Source of the DNA: a bacterium
GTDB taxonomy: Bacteria > SAR324 > NAC60-12
DNA: 64,000 nt
Assembly: GCA_965233585.1 (NCBI GenBank)
Contig: CBDDTI010000747.1
Location: 832,001 to 896,000 of the forward strand
Direction: 5' to 3'
The translations under genes were made by a program, and so were the position numbers. This document shows positions 9,969 to 19,672 of this stretch, piece after piece; the first letter of the stretch is position 1, and every line of letters starts with the position of its first letter. The notes below the pieces were generated by a model, which saw only the letters and a list, made by a program, of their open reading frames with translations, was not told the origin of the DNA and searched no databases.

Positions 9969-11198
9969 CTAGGTTTCATTGGATTTGACAAGTTTCAGCA
10001 GCTGATTGAGAATCTGATAACGAGTGTTGTCTTTTTGGTTCAACAAAATCACAAAATAATAGGTTTCAGACTTTGCTCCTTGAATGTATCCTGCCAGTGT
10101 GTAAACCCCATGCAATGTGCCTGTCTTGACTTTGGCATTTTGGTAAGGGGTCAAGACGTTTTGATAAGGTTCAAACGCTTTCAGCAACTCTAAGAACTGT
10201 TGTGCTGACACCTTGTTTTGTCTGGAGATTCCAGAACCTTCCACAACCTTCCAATGTTTGCCTTGCTTTAAATTCTTTCTTAAAAAGTGTTGCATGGCGT
10301 TGGCACTTTTTTGCAGAGTCGCAGGGTAGCCATATTGCTTGGCGCCAATGGTCAAAAAGATTTGATTGGCAATGAAATTGTTAGAATACTTCATCATGCC
10401 TTGCACAATGGTTGTCAGGCTTCTGCTTTGCTTGTGTTGATAAATCAGTCGTTGCGTCCCTGCTTTTGTTCCAAAAACCCTTTCTTTTTGTAAAACAGCC
10501 ACCCCTGCTTGACCCAAGAAAAATTGTAAAAGTTCATGCGTGTATTGCAGAGAATCTTGTTTGGAATGAGCAAGGTTGATGCGATGCTTCCCTTGAGAAA
10601 GGTTTTTGCCAAGCCTTTGCATGATGGGCAAATTGGGTGTTTGAGGTTCTGCAGATGTGATATTCCCTTGCCTGTCAATCAAGAAATTCACTGTGTTAAA
10701 GTTTGAGACTAATGCACCATTTTGTGAATCATACGGATTGGAAGTGTTGGTCACGCCCGGAATTTGAACGGAGTCAAAGGCAAGTGCGTCTAACTGAATG
10801 GATTGGATTGGGTTGGATAATCGTTTAGCAAGGGTTTTGGCAATGACTGCCCATTCTTCAGAAACCAAAAACGGGTCACCAAAACCCGAGACAACAAGAG
10901 TTCGGTCTTTGGTCAGAAAAAACTTTGTTGAAAATGGGTCAACTGTTCCCAGTATTTCAAAGGCAACCCATGCTGTCGCTATTTTTAAAATAGAGGCAGG
11001 AGTCCATTGCTTTTGAGCATTGAGAGCATAGACCACCTTGTTTTGAGTGGCAAGCAAGACTGACCCTGATTTGACAAAAGACTTGATTTTCCGAATCTCT
11101 GCCCGACTTGTTTCTAATGCTAAAGACGCAAAAGGCAGTAAAACAAGACTCACCAAGCAAAATGTTGTTTTGAATTTTAAGGGAATCAATTTTGCCAA
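9969..11198 (-). CDS. dacB: D-Ala-D-Ala carboxypeptidase/endopeptidase (PBP4, peptidase S13)
   Basis: PASILK (SxxK), SNN, GSGISR, KTGTL motifs. Confidence 0.88.
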   Translation of the reverse strand: MAKLIPLKFKTTFCLVSLVLLPFASLALETSRAEIRKIKSFVKSGSVLLATQNKVVYALNAQKQWTPASILKIATAWVAFEILGTVDPFSTKFFLTKDRTLVVSGFGDPFLVSEEWAVIAKTLAKRLSNPIQSIQLDALAFDSVQIPGVTNTSNPYDSQNGALVSNFNTVNFLIDRQGNITSAEPQTPNLPIMQRLGKNLSQGKHRINLAHSKQDSLQYTHELLQFFLGQAGVAVLQKERVFGTKAGTQRLIYQHKQSRSLTTIVQGMMKYSNNFIANQIFLTIGAKQYGYPATLQKSANAMQHFLRKNLKQGKHWKVVEGSGISRQNKVSAQQFLELLKAFEPYQNVLTPYQNAKVKTGTLHGVYTLAGYIQGAKSETYYFVILLNQKDNTRYQILNQLLKLVKSNET

Positions 11199-11983
11199 AA
11201 TGATGTGAAGATATAATCAGAAAGCAGGATAAAAATGGCAGAAAAGCTGACGGCTTCGGTGGTAGAGCGTCCAACGCCTTCTGCTCCGTTGGTGGTGTAA
11301 TACCCTTTGTAACACCCGACAAAAGTCAACGTCAAACCAAAAAGTGCGGCTTTTAAAAGACTGCCTATGATGTCTCTAAATTCCAAAAAATCCTTCGTTT
11401 TTGACCAAAAAATTCCCTCATCAATCCCAAGCAATCCGACACCTATCATGTAACCACCCAAAACCCCTGTGATGTTAGCAATGGCTGTCAGCAAGGGCAA
11501 CATCACCAAGCCTGCAACAATTCTAGGAGAAATGAGGTATTGCACGGGGTTCACTGCCAGCGACTGAAGGGCATCAATTTGTTCTGTCACACGCATCGTG
11601 CCAATTTCTGCAGCAATGGCAGAACCTGCCCTTGCATTGACCATCAATGCTGTCAACACTGGTCCCAGTTCTCTGGTCATACTGACGGCAACCATTCCGC
11701 CAACAATGGATTCAGAACTAAATTGTTTCAAGGCAAAATAGGACTGAATCGTTAAAACCATACCTGTAAATGTGCCTGTCAGCACAGTAATCCAGATGGA
11801 TTTGTTGCCAATGAACTCCATTTGTTTAAAGAACAGATGGAATCTAAAAGGGGGGCAAAAGACTAGAAAAAGAGCATCAGCAAACAACACTCCCGACGTT
11901 CCAACACCTTGCGTGAGGCTGAGCGTGTTTGCACCTAATTTTTCAATCCATCTAAAAGGAGAAAGCCATCGCAAAAATTTCAT
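11186..11983 (-). CDS. mlaE: MlaE-family ABC permease
   Basis: RELGPVLTALM, EIGTMRVTEQIDAL, GAEGVGRSTT. Confidence 0.92.
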   Translation of the reverse strand: MKFLRWLSPFRWIEKLGANTLSLTQGVGTSGVLFADALFLVFCPPFRFHLFFKQMEFIGNKSIWITVLTGTFTGMVLTIQSYFALKQFSSESIVGGMVAVSMTRELGPVLTALMVNARAGSAIAAEIGTMRVTEQIDALQSLAVNPVQYLISPRIVAGLVMLPLLTAIANITGVLGGYMIGVGLLGIDEGIFWSKTKDFLEFRDIIGSLLKAALFGLTLTFVGCYKGYYTTNGAEGVGRSTTEAVSFSAIFILLSDYIFTSFWQN

Positions 11984-12246
11984 GTTGCACAAAAGAAGTC
12001 AGCGTCATGTTGTCTCATTTCGTTTCATTATAGCTTAAATCACCTGTAATAAAAACAACTAAGACCTTTGCAAAAGTTGTTGTGGAGAAAGCCTGCAATG
12101 AAAAAAGATGACAAAAGGACTCTCATCGTGACCAACTGCAACAATGAAAGGACAAAATGAAGAATGGGGAAGGCAAGCAAAGAGTGCCAAATGAGGCACT
12201 CTTTTCAAAGATTTTTGAAGATGAGGGCAAGAACAGTGCAAAAAAT

Positions 12247-14441
12247 TTAGTCTTGAAACTCAATGCGGTAGATGTTTCTGTCCCCAAAGAGTCCTTGTGA
12301 GGCTTCAATATAAACAGTCGTGCCTGCCACTTGCAATGAAGTCCCTTTTGTCAAATGAGAGGCTAAGCCAATCGGGACAAAATCACTGGTCTTGGTTTTA
12401 AGCCACAGCGCATGAGAAGATGCTGTCAAGTCAGACACAAATAAGTAGCGATTGTTGGATTCAACTCTCATCACTCTGTTTGAGATACCAACCCGAGCCA
12501 ACTGTGATGTGTTTGGAATCTGTAAGTTTAAGGGCAACGAGTATAATCCACTATCTTTCGTCAAGTAGATTTTGTCGTCAAACGCAGTGGCATCTGATGG
12601 AATAGTTCCATTCACTGCATTTTTGGGAGTTTGGGTAGTTGCAAGTTGAAAACCTGACGTCCACAATTTGCCAGCTTTCTTTTGTAATGAACCAGCATCG
12701 CACCAACGACACTGGACGTGTCCAATAGCAACGGCTGAAGTGCCTGCAATTCGGTATAAATTTCTACCACTAAAATTAAAGCTAGGACTGGGGTTTCTCC
12801 ACCAACTGTATCCTGATACCTGATTCGCTATAAAATAGATGTTCCCATCAAAGAACGTCAAATTTCTAGCATTGCCGATAGCCTGAACAATGGATGAGTT
12901 GTTTGTAGAAGCCAACGCAGAAAATAGGTGACTTCCTGATGAGTCATGCTTAAAGACTGCTTTTTGCAAGTGTGCATTGACCACTCTTGTTGTCGTGGCA
13001 TAAATAATGTCACTACAACAGTAACGAGAAGCAGATGCTTTCACGTAGTAAGTGGTTGTTACCCCTGTTGGTGATATTCTTGTCGTTGTGGCATAAGTCA
13101 TCTCATCTCTGCCTGAAGGAGGACTGCTAGAGGCATGCACATAGTAAGTGGTTGGTCCTCTTGTTGTTGTGGCATAAGTGATGTCATTTCTTCCCCATGG
13201 GCGATGAGTAGATGCACGCACATAGTATGGGATATTGACAGGAGTGAAGGTGTCAGCAATGTAGTAGAGACTTTCACCACTGGTTGCCAGTTCTTTGGCA
13301 GGGATAGACTCGCCAGAATCTTTCACTTCTTTCAACGTTTTGCTATTCACTGTGTAGTGATAAGTTTTAGTAGATGTATCAGCGGATGCAAGACTAGCAT
13401 TTGAAGTAAAATAGAAGCCGTCATTTTGGAGAGTCCCTGAATTGTCTTTGAGGCTATCTGTGATAGACCAATCGTTTAAACCTTTGAAAACGTTTTGAGT
13501 GTCTAAAAGAGCTTTCTGACCACTTTTGAGTTCATAAAGTTCTCCTTGATTCCTCAATGTAACTAACAGCTTGTCCACAGAGGAAAACATATGGTCATAA
13601 ACAGAAGAACTAGATGATAGTTTCAGACTCAAATTGACCGATGATAGTTTCAGACTCAAATTGACTTCTGAAGCAGAGTTGTTCTTGGTGTCATCATAAT
13701 ATAATTTTTGATTGGCATAAAAGTATGGTGCAAACCGAAGAATGCTAAACCCTGGTAATGGTGTAGAAGACATTTGGAGATTTGGGATGTTCACTTTTAG
13801 AATTTTCGTGATGGTGTAGGTTGTGCCTAAAACCAAACCTGTATTGGGATCCTTAGTTTGTAAATGACCTATGACTATTTGTCCAGCATCTCCCTTATCG
13901 CCCTTTTCCCCTTTTTGTCCAGCATCTCCCTTATCGCCCTTTTCCCCTTTTTGTCCAGCATCTCCTTTTGTTCCATGGCAAACGTATTCTGTGCTGACGT
14001 GTTCCTCTCCTTCTAGCTTACCATTTTTGTCATAATCAAAGCCTATTTTAATCTCTAACCCTCCATTTGGACAACCATGTTGATTGCCTGTAAATGCAGT
14101 CTTCACAACAAGGGTTGATGCACCTGATAAGTTTTGGATTTCTTCCTCTTCTTCTTGAGGTTCTTGAGGTTTTGCTTCTTCTTCTTGAGAAGATGCGGGA
14201 GGTTTTGCCTCACCACAAGCAGAAAGCACAAAAACTGCCAGTGGAATGAGAAAGACCTTGAAAAAATGAGTTTTGAGTAGATGAGGAGAATTTTTTAAGA
14301 AAAAGCAAAAAACTTGTAATTTTTGTCTTGACTTTTGAAAAAGTCGGTTTATACTATTTGCGGATTTGCGGATTTGCGGATTTGCGGATTTGCGGATTTG
14401 CGGATTTGCGGATTTGCGGATTTGCGGATTTGCGGATTCAT
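12247..14441 (-). CDS. Surface lipoprotein with collagen-like Gly-X-Y repeats; probable ATG at 14441 is out of frame because of the 8-bp repeat tract
   Basis: In-frame h-region plus lipobox (FFKVFLIPLAVFVLSA-C) lies upstream of the called GTG at 14229; CPNGG..GFDYDKNGKL..YVCHG module; GQKGEKGDKGDA repeats; beta-rich C-terminus. Confidence 0.7.
13879..13966 (-). repeat. 36-bp tandem repeat encoding the collagen-like segment
   Basis: TTGTCCAGCATCTCCCTTATCGCCCTTTTCCCCTTT occurs twice plus a partial copy. Confidence 0.85.
14356..14438. repeat. Simple sequence repeat (ATTTGCGG)x10 plus ATT
   Basis: Ten perfect 8-bp units counted at 14356-14435. Confidence 0.98.
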
Positions 14442-14474
14442 AGCGTCACCATTTGTCAAAAAAATCAATTAATC

Positions 14475-14512
14475 AAGAAAGAAGCTACTGGAAGGCTAAC
14501 ATCTCCAGTAGC
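14475..14512 (-). terminator. Rho-independent terminator of the 14541-15806 gene
   Basis: GCTACTGGA (14484-14492)/TCCAGTAGC (14504-14512) stem followed by TTCTTTCTT on the minus strand. Confidence 0.75.
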
Positions 14513-14540
14513 ATCAAAATTGTCAAAAAAGCCCTTCAAG

Positions 14541-15806
14541 CTACATGCTAATTTTCCAGAGTTGTCCGTCGCTGACAAAATACAGATTGCCTTGAAACAC
14601 AGCTGACGAGTAGAAGTCCCAAGATTTGTTAACGTTTGAATTGAGAACCCCTGCTTCTGCCCAGTTCTGCCCGTCTTTTGAAAACCAAATTCGTCCTCCC
14701 GTGTGACGTTCATTTCGGTCTAATCCTCCAATGACCCAAAGCCTGCCATTAAAGGTCTCTGTTGCATGTTGCATCACACCGACAGGAAGGTTTCCTTCTT
14801 TGTTCCAACTTTGACCATCAGCAGAAGACCAGACACCAGTTGCAGCTAAGTTTCCAGACCCACGTTCATAGGTAACCCCTCCAACAACCCACATTTTTTC
14901 TTGGAACACGACTGCGTCAAACTCCCATCTTGGTCTCCAACCAGCATTTGCTGTTGCTAGCGTCCAGCTGATACCATCAGCAGAAGACCAGACGTCTGTG
15001 TGCGCACCAACTGCCGCCCTTCCACCAAGCACCCAGAGCTTGTCCTTAAAAAAGACTGCCGCTGAAGACTTCCGTTTTGTAAACCCACTGGCAGCACCAT
15101 CAGCACGTACTCTAGTCCACGTTTTGCCATCGCTAGACTTGTAAACGTCATTGGCAGCAGAAACATACCCACCGAGACGGTAAGCATTGGCAAAGCTCCA
15201 AAAAGTTGTTCCATCATAAACGACAGGATGCTCATCGGCTCTGGGGTAGCCAGTCAAGGTGACCTGACTCCAATTCTTTCCATCAGCAGAAGAATGCACT
15301 TCATTTTGGTCCATGTAGAACAACTTGTTTTCTGTGGCAATTAAATTTTGTTGATTGTTGATGTCTGTTGGGAGGTCGTCAGCAATTTTTGTCACCTTGA
15401 CAGCAGGTGCTTGGATTTGAAAACTGACTTCAGCAGAGACATCTTTGACGCTGGCATCAATTTTTAAACTCCCCTTGCGTTCAAAAAAGACATCAATACT
15501 TCCCCCAAAACTTTCTTGATTTGGAATCACCAACCTCATCACACCCCCAGAACCTTTGACACCACTAAACTTGAGGTTTGCCAGACGTTCACTATATTCA
15601 AACTCAAGTACACTTCCTTGAAGAGAAGAAGGCACTGTGCAAATAAATTCTACCTTGCCAAACTCTCCTACAACAGCTTGACCTTTTGTTGTTAGCTCAC
15701 AACCTGCCTGCAAATCCTTTGCAACAGAAGAATCTTCTTTTCCGCTATTGCAACCAACAACAGCCAGCAAAACTGCAGCCACCAAACCGATTTTCTTTGC
15801 TTCCAT
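14541..15806 (-). CDS. Lipoprotein with kelch/BNR-like beta-propeller
   Basis: Lipobox VVGC; repeated WSSADGxxW and LWVLGG/MWVVGG/LWVIGG blades. Confidence 0.8.
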   Translation of the reverse strand: MEAKKIGLVAAVLLAVVGCNSGKEDSSVAKDLQAGCELTTKGQAVVGEFGKVEFICTVPSSLQGSVLEFEYSERLANLKFSGVKGSGGVMRLVIPNQESFGGSIDVFFERKGSLKIDASVKDVSAEVSFQIQAPAVKVTKIADDLPTDINNQQNLIATENKLFYMDQNEVHSSADGKNWSQVTLTGYPRADEHPVVYDGTTFWSFANAYRLGGYVSAANDVYKSSDGKTWTRVRADGAASGFTKRKSSAAVFFKDKLWVLGGRAAVGAHTDVWSSADGISWTLATANAGWRPRWEFDAVVFQEKMWVVGGVTYERGSGNLAATGVWSSADGQSWNKEGNLPVGVMQHATETFNGRLWVIGGLDRNERHTGGRIWFSKDGQNWAEAGVLNSNVNKSWDFYSSAVFQGNLYFVSDGQLWKISM

Positions 15807-15997
15807 TAAAGTCTCCTAAATTTAAGAATGAAAAGGGGACATTCTACTCTTGACTTGGTCAAATTGCAAACTTTTATTTGTGATTGAATCAAAAAACAGA
15901 GTCAAGACCTGATTCTTAGCTTTAGTTTTTATCAAAGAAATTACAATGAGATTATGATAACCTGTTATGGTTTTTGACAATAGATTTGGTTTCGTTT

Positions 15998-17716
15998 ATG
16001 ACCCATTGGCATCTTTTACTTCAATTTTTTAATTACAGTCGTTCTCAATGGAAGTGGGGAATCATCGGTTTGTTTGCCCTGCCTATCTCTTTGTTTTGTG
16101 CCATGATTTTACCTTGGCTCATTGTGGAGGCAGTGGATTCTTACATTGCGGTTGGAGACCTTGAAGGTTTATACCGCATTGTTGGCTTCATCTTTTTAGC
16201 AGTTGTTGGCGGTTATTTGTGCGATGGAGCTTACACTTACTCTTTTCAAGTCATTGCCCGTCATGCGATTACAGAAGTCAGAGAAAAGCTGTTTGAACAT
16301 GTGTTGAGGCTACCAAGGTCTTATTATGATTATCATCCTGTTGGATTGCTTTTGTCCCGTTTGACATCTGACACAGAAGCGGTTGAAGATGCCTTTTCTT
16401 CAGGTGTGATGACCACAATTCCTGATGCACTCAAGGCATTGTTATTGCTGGCAACTTTGTTTTTGTTAAGCTGGGAACTGACCCTTGCTTGCTTGCTGAT
16501 TGTTCCCCCTGTCGCATTGGTTCTTCATCTTTTAAGAAAACGTTTAAAGCAGGTGTATGATGATGCTCGTGAGGCATTGGCTAAATCTATGGCGTTTTTG
16601 CAAGAGTGTCTCAATGGAATGCAGACGATTAGGATTTATTCTGCAGAAGCCAAGACGGTGAGGCAGTATTCTGAAAAAAATCGGCAGTTTCTTCATTGGC
16701 AGAAGCAAGCGAACATTGGGGAGGCGATTCTGTTTTCAACGGTGGAAGGTGTGACCATCATTGCAGTTGGCATCATTCTGTGGGTAGGGTCTTATTCCAT
16801 CGTAGAAGGTTCTTTAAGCGTTGGGGTCATCATCAGCTTTTTAAACACATTGCACCGAATCTTCACACCTGTACGCGAAATCACACAGCATCTTTCTACC
16901 ATTCAAAGAGCTTTTGCATCTTTGCGTCAAATTGATAAGCTATTCAAGGAAGAGGCAGAAGAGGCTCAAGTCAGCCTTCCTTTGCAAATGATTGAACCTT
17001 TTGAGTCCCTTGAGTTCCAAAATGTCTGTTTCCGCTACAGTGAGGGTAAGCCTTATGTTTTAAACAATGTTTCTTTTTCTTTAAGTCAAGGTCAAAGTAT
17101 TGCCATTGTCGGTTCAACTGGCTCTGGGAAGTCCACCATCTTTCGCTTGATGACTCGGCTTTATGACAACTATGAAGGCTCTATTTTGCTCAATGGACAA
17201 GAACTTTCTACAATCTCAAGGCATCAAATCCGCTCCATGATGACTTTGATGCAACAAGATTCTTACCTTTTCAATGAAACAGTTGGTTTTAACATTGGTC
17301 TTGGTCGCGTTGGGAGTCAAGAGGTTGACAAAGCAGCTAAGCAATCTCTGGCATACAGCTTTATCAAAGAGTTACCAAATGCGTATGATTTTATGGTGGA
17401 GGAACACGGAAGCAACCTTTCAGTTGGTCAAGCACAGCTGATTACTTTTGCCAAAGCCATTGCGAAAGAAACAGATTTGATTTTGTTAGATGAGGCAACT
17501 AGCTCTATTGATTCATTGACAGAACAATTAATTCAAGATGCCACAACAAAACTTTTGGAAGGCAAGACTGTGATTGCGATTGCTCATCGTTTAAGCACCA
17601 TTCAGCATTGCGACCTCATTCTTGTCATGGAACAAGGACAGATTGTAGAATCAGGAACACACCACGATTTGCTCAAACAACAAGGAGTTTATGCACAACT
17701 TGCCAAAGATTTATAA
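15998..17716 (+). CDS. ABC exporter, fused permease/ATPase
   Basis: TM domain, GSTGSGKST, LSVGQAQL, DEATSSID. Confidence 0.9.
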   Translation: MTHWHLLLQFFNYSRSQWKWGIIGLFALPISLFCAMILPWLIVEAVDSYIAVGDLEGLYRIVGFIFLAVVGGYLCDGAYTYSFQVIARHAITEVREKLFEHVLRLPRSYYDYHPVGLLLSRLTSDTEAVEDAFSSGVMTTIPDALKALLLLATLFLLSWELTLACLLIVPPVALVLHLLRKRLKQVYDDAREALAKSMAFLQECLNGMQTIRIYSAEAKTVRQYSEKNRQFLHWQKQANIGEAILFSTVEGVTIIAVGIILWVGSYSIVEGSLSVGVIISFLNTLHRIFTPVREITQHLSTIQRAFASLRQIDKLFKEEAEEAQVSLPLQMIEPFESLEFQNVCFRYSEGKPYVLNNVSFSLSQGQSIAIVGSTGSGKSTIFRLMTRLYDNYEGSILLNGQELSTISRHQIRSMMTLMQQDSYLFNETVGFNIGLGRVGSQEVDKAAKQSLAYSFIKELPNAYDFMVEEHGSNLSVGQAQLITFAKAIAKETDLILLDEATSSIDSLTEQLIQDATTKLLEGKTVIAIAHRLSTIQHCDLILVMEQGQIVESGTHHDLLKQQGVYAQLAKDL

Positions 17717-17996
17717 ATCCTTGAGAAGTCTTTTTTTCATGGCGTTCATACAAGCCTGTTCTTCGTCCCCTGCTCTTGATTATGAACGTAGTGAGTATGA
17801 ATTAAGGCAAGATGTTTTGGCAATGAAAAGCCAATGGTTTCAGATGAAATGTATAGGGACAACAGATTTACAATGTGAGGATTTGTTTCAAAAAGGGACA
17901 CAACATTGTTTGAAAAGAACGGGTTATGTTCGTGTCCAGTGTCTCTACCTTGAGCTACATTGTACGCTCTATGGAGGTCGGGCTTGCTGGTACTAA
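17691..17996 (+). CDS. Hypothetical small Cys-rich protein, possible lipoprotein
   Basis: FFMAFIQAC lipobox-like segment; fills the gap between co-oriented genes. Confidence 0.5.
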   Translation: MHNLPKIYKSLRSLFFMAFIQACSSSPALDYERSEYELRQDVLAMKSQWFQMKCIGTTDLQCEDLFQKGTQHCLKRTGYVRVQCLYLELHCTLYGGRACWY

Positions 17997-18038
17997 ATCA
18001 ATCAAAAAAGGAAAATCAACCGAAAAAGGATAAAGAAA

Positions 18039-18425
18039 ATGCTGTTATTGATCAATGAATTAGATGAATGGATTCCAACATTTGGAAGTGGCTGTAAATC
18101 CGCATATCAAAACTTGAAGAAAGTGATTGCAGATGACCAAGCCCTTCAAAATTTGGATTTACAGACTAGAAAACTGGCTTACGAGAAAGTTGAGAAGATG
18201 AAGGAGATTTACGTCATCTCCCAGTACGGAAGCCTTTTTCGTACAACATTGTCTTTACTGCAAATGTCAATCGCCACCAAACTAGACCAAGACACCTTTG
18301 ATGAGAGTTACCGCGAATTTGTCAGGTGGAATGAAAAACTACCTACCTTTGAACAAAGGAACAAATGGGGAAGACTTGCAGAGTATTTAGTGCAAGAACA
18401 GAGCTTGTCTGATGAGTTAACTTGA
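18039..18425 (+). CDS. Hypothetical protein
   Basis: 128-aa ORF with upstream AAGGA RBS. Confidence 0.6.
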   Translation: MLLLINELDEWIPTFGSGCKSAYQNLKKVIADDQALQNLDLQTRKLAYEKVEKMKEIYVISQYGSLFRTTLSLLQMSIATKLDQDTFDESYREFVRWNEKLPTFEQRNKWGRLAEYLVQEQSLSDELT

Positions 18426-18491
18426 GCCAATCCAATCAACCATCTCAAAGAAGTCAATTTGTCCAAAGAACCATTTGGGCAAATAAAGGAT

Positions 18492-18674
18492 TTATGAGTT
18501 TTCTGTCTGGTCTTTTTTGAGGTCTTGCACGAATTTTTTCAAGCTGACATTTGAGGTATGGAATTGTGAACGTTCCTTTTTTGACAAAGATGCGTACAGT
18601 TTTTTAAGCTGATGACGGGCTTGTCGCTTTGCTTTTTTTCGTTCATTCCTGTCCATGTTTTTTGTGTTAGCCAT
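18492..18674 (-). CDS. Small basic hypothetical protein
   Basis: 60-aa Lys/Arg-rich ORF downstream of cyaY. Confidence 0.55.
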   Translation of the reverse strand: MANTKNMDRNERKKAKRQARHQLKKLYASLSKKERSQFHTSNVSLKKFVQDLKKDQTENS

Positions 18675-18731
18675 AGTGTTTCTATTTTGTTGAAAGTTGA
18701 TTAAAAATTATTAGTTTTAGTGTGATTAGCT

Positions 18732-19052
18732 TTAAAAAGTCACATGACGACCCAAGATGACATTCATCATTTGAGAAAAGCTGTCATAAAATTCCTCTTG
18801 TTCTGCTTCTGCATACCAGCATTGCTTATCTTGTAGATACACAAAATGCCGTGCTTTCCCCAAACCTGCCAACCAGATTTCAAAGATTGCACGTTGAGTG
18901 TTAAGCACCACACGTTCAGGGGAGTTTTCAAAAAAAATATCCAACTTGCCATCAGATTTGTGATAATCCACTTCTTCTTCCAATTCATCTAGTGTTTTTT
19001 CAACTCTGGCAAATAACTCTTTTGCGAGACGATGATATTCTTTTTCTTCCAT
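18732..19052 (-). CDS. cyaY: Iron donor protein CyaY (frataxin)
   Basis: Acidic N-terminal helix, VVLNTQRAIFEIWLA, HF..W motif. Confidence 0.85.
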   Translation of the reverse strand: MEEKEYHRLAKELFARVEKTLDELEEEVDYHKSDGKLDIFFENSPERVVLNTQRAIFEIWLAGLGKARHFVYLQDKQCWYAEAEQEEFYDSFSQMMNVILGRHVTF

Positions 19053-19143
19053 TCTTTCCCTTCATGTCTTTTAAAAAACGTATTATTCTATTCCAAAATC
19101 AACAATTTTGTCACTCTATTTTTCACAACTCAAATCAGAATCC

Positions 19144-19671
19144 ATGAAACGATTTTGCATCATTTTTTTATTGTATTTTCCCATGCTTGGCTACTCTGCA
19201 AGCCCTGTTTCGCCCGAAGTTCAATTATACAGGACTTTTGGAACACGTGGCAGTGGCTACAATAGCTTGGCAGCGGGGCTTTCTATTCATCTGTCTTCAG
19301 GCTACAACCAGCCCACTCGCTACTTTCAAATTCTTGGGATTTATGTTCCAGAAGGAATTTTGAGTCTCCGCGATCGTGCTGCAATCTGGCACTTTGAGTC
19401 TCCAGGGTTCGGCTTTGAGATGGCTCTTTACGACGAGCGAGAAATTAGCTCTTACCTCAAAGGAGGTCGGATTGCATTGAGACATTTGGAATGGAAGGAG
19501 ACAAATGAAGGAATTTTTGAAGGTCCTGTCTCTGCCGATGTTTTCCATATTGGCTGGGCGGCAGGACCTGCAATGACGTCTATGCTAGGAATTGAGCTAG
19601 CAACAGTCCACACCCCAAGAGGAAGTTTTTTTGAGGGACATTTGAGTTTTGGAATCCGTTACGGATTTTGA
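19144..19671 (+). CDS. Hypothetical exported protein, possibly an outer-membrane beta-barrel
   Basis: Signal peptide; alternating beta pattern; C-terminal GIRYGF aromatic end. Confidence 0.55.
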   Translation: MKRFCIIFLLYFPMLGYSASPVSPEVQLYRTFGTRGSGYNSLAAGLSIHLSSGYNQPTRYFQILGIYVPEGILSLRDRAAIWHFESPGFGFEMALYDEREISSYLKGGRIALRHLEWKETNEGIFEGPVSADVFHIGWAAGPAMTSMLGIELATVHTPRGSFFEGHLSFGIRYGF

Positions 19672-19672
19672 A

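Noticed and set aside
12985..13230. DGR template/variable repeat pair
   Set aside because: Differences are not adenine-restricted and no reverse transcriptase is present
14356..14438. Repeat tract as a CRISPR array, or the 14328-14606 ORF as a gene
   Set aside because: Pure 8-mer tandem with no spacers; the ICGFADLR ORF is a translation artefact of the repeat
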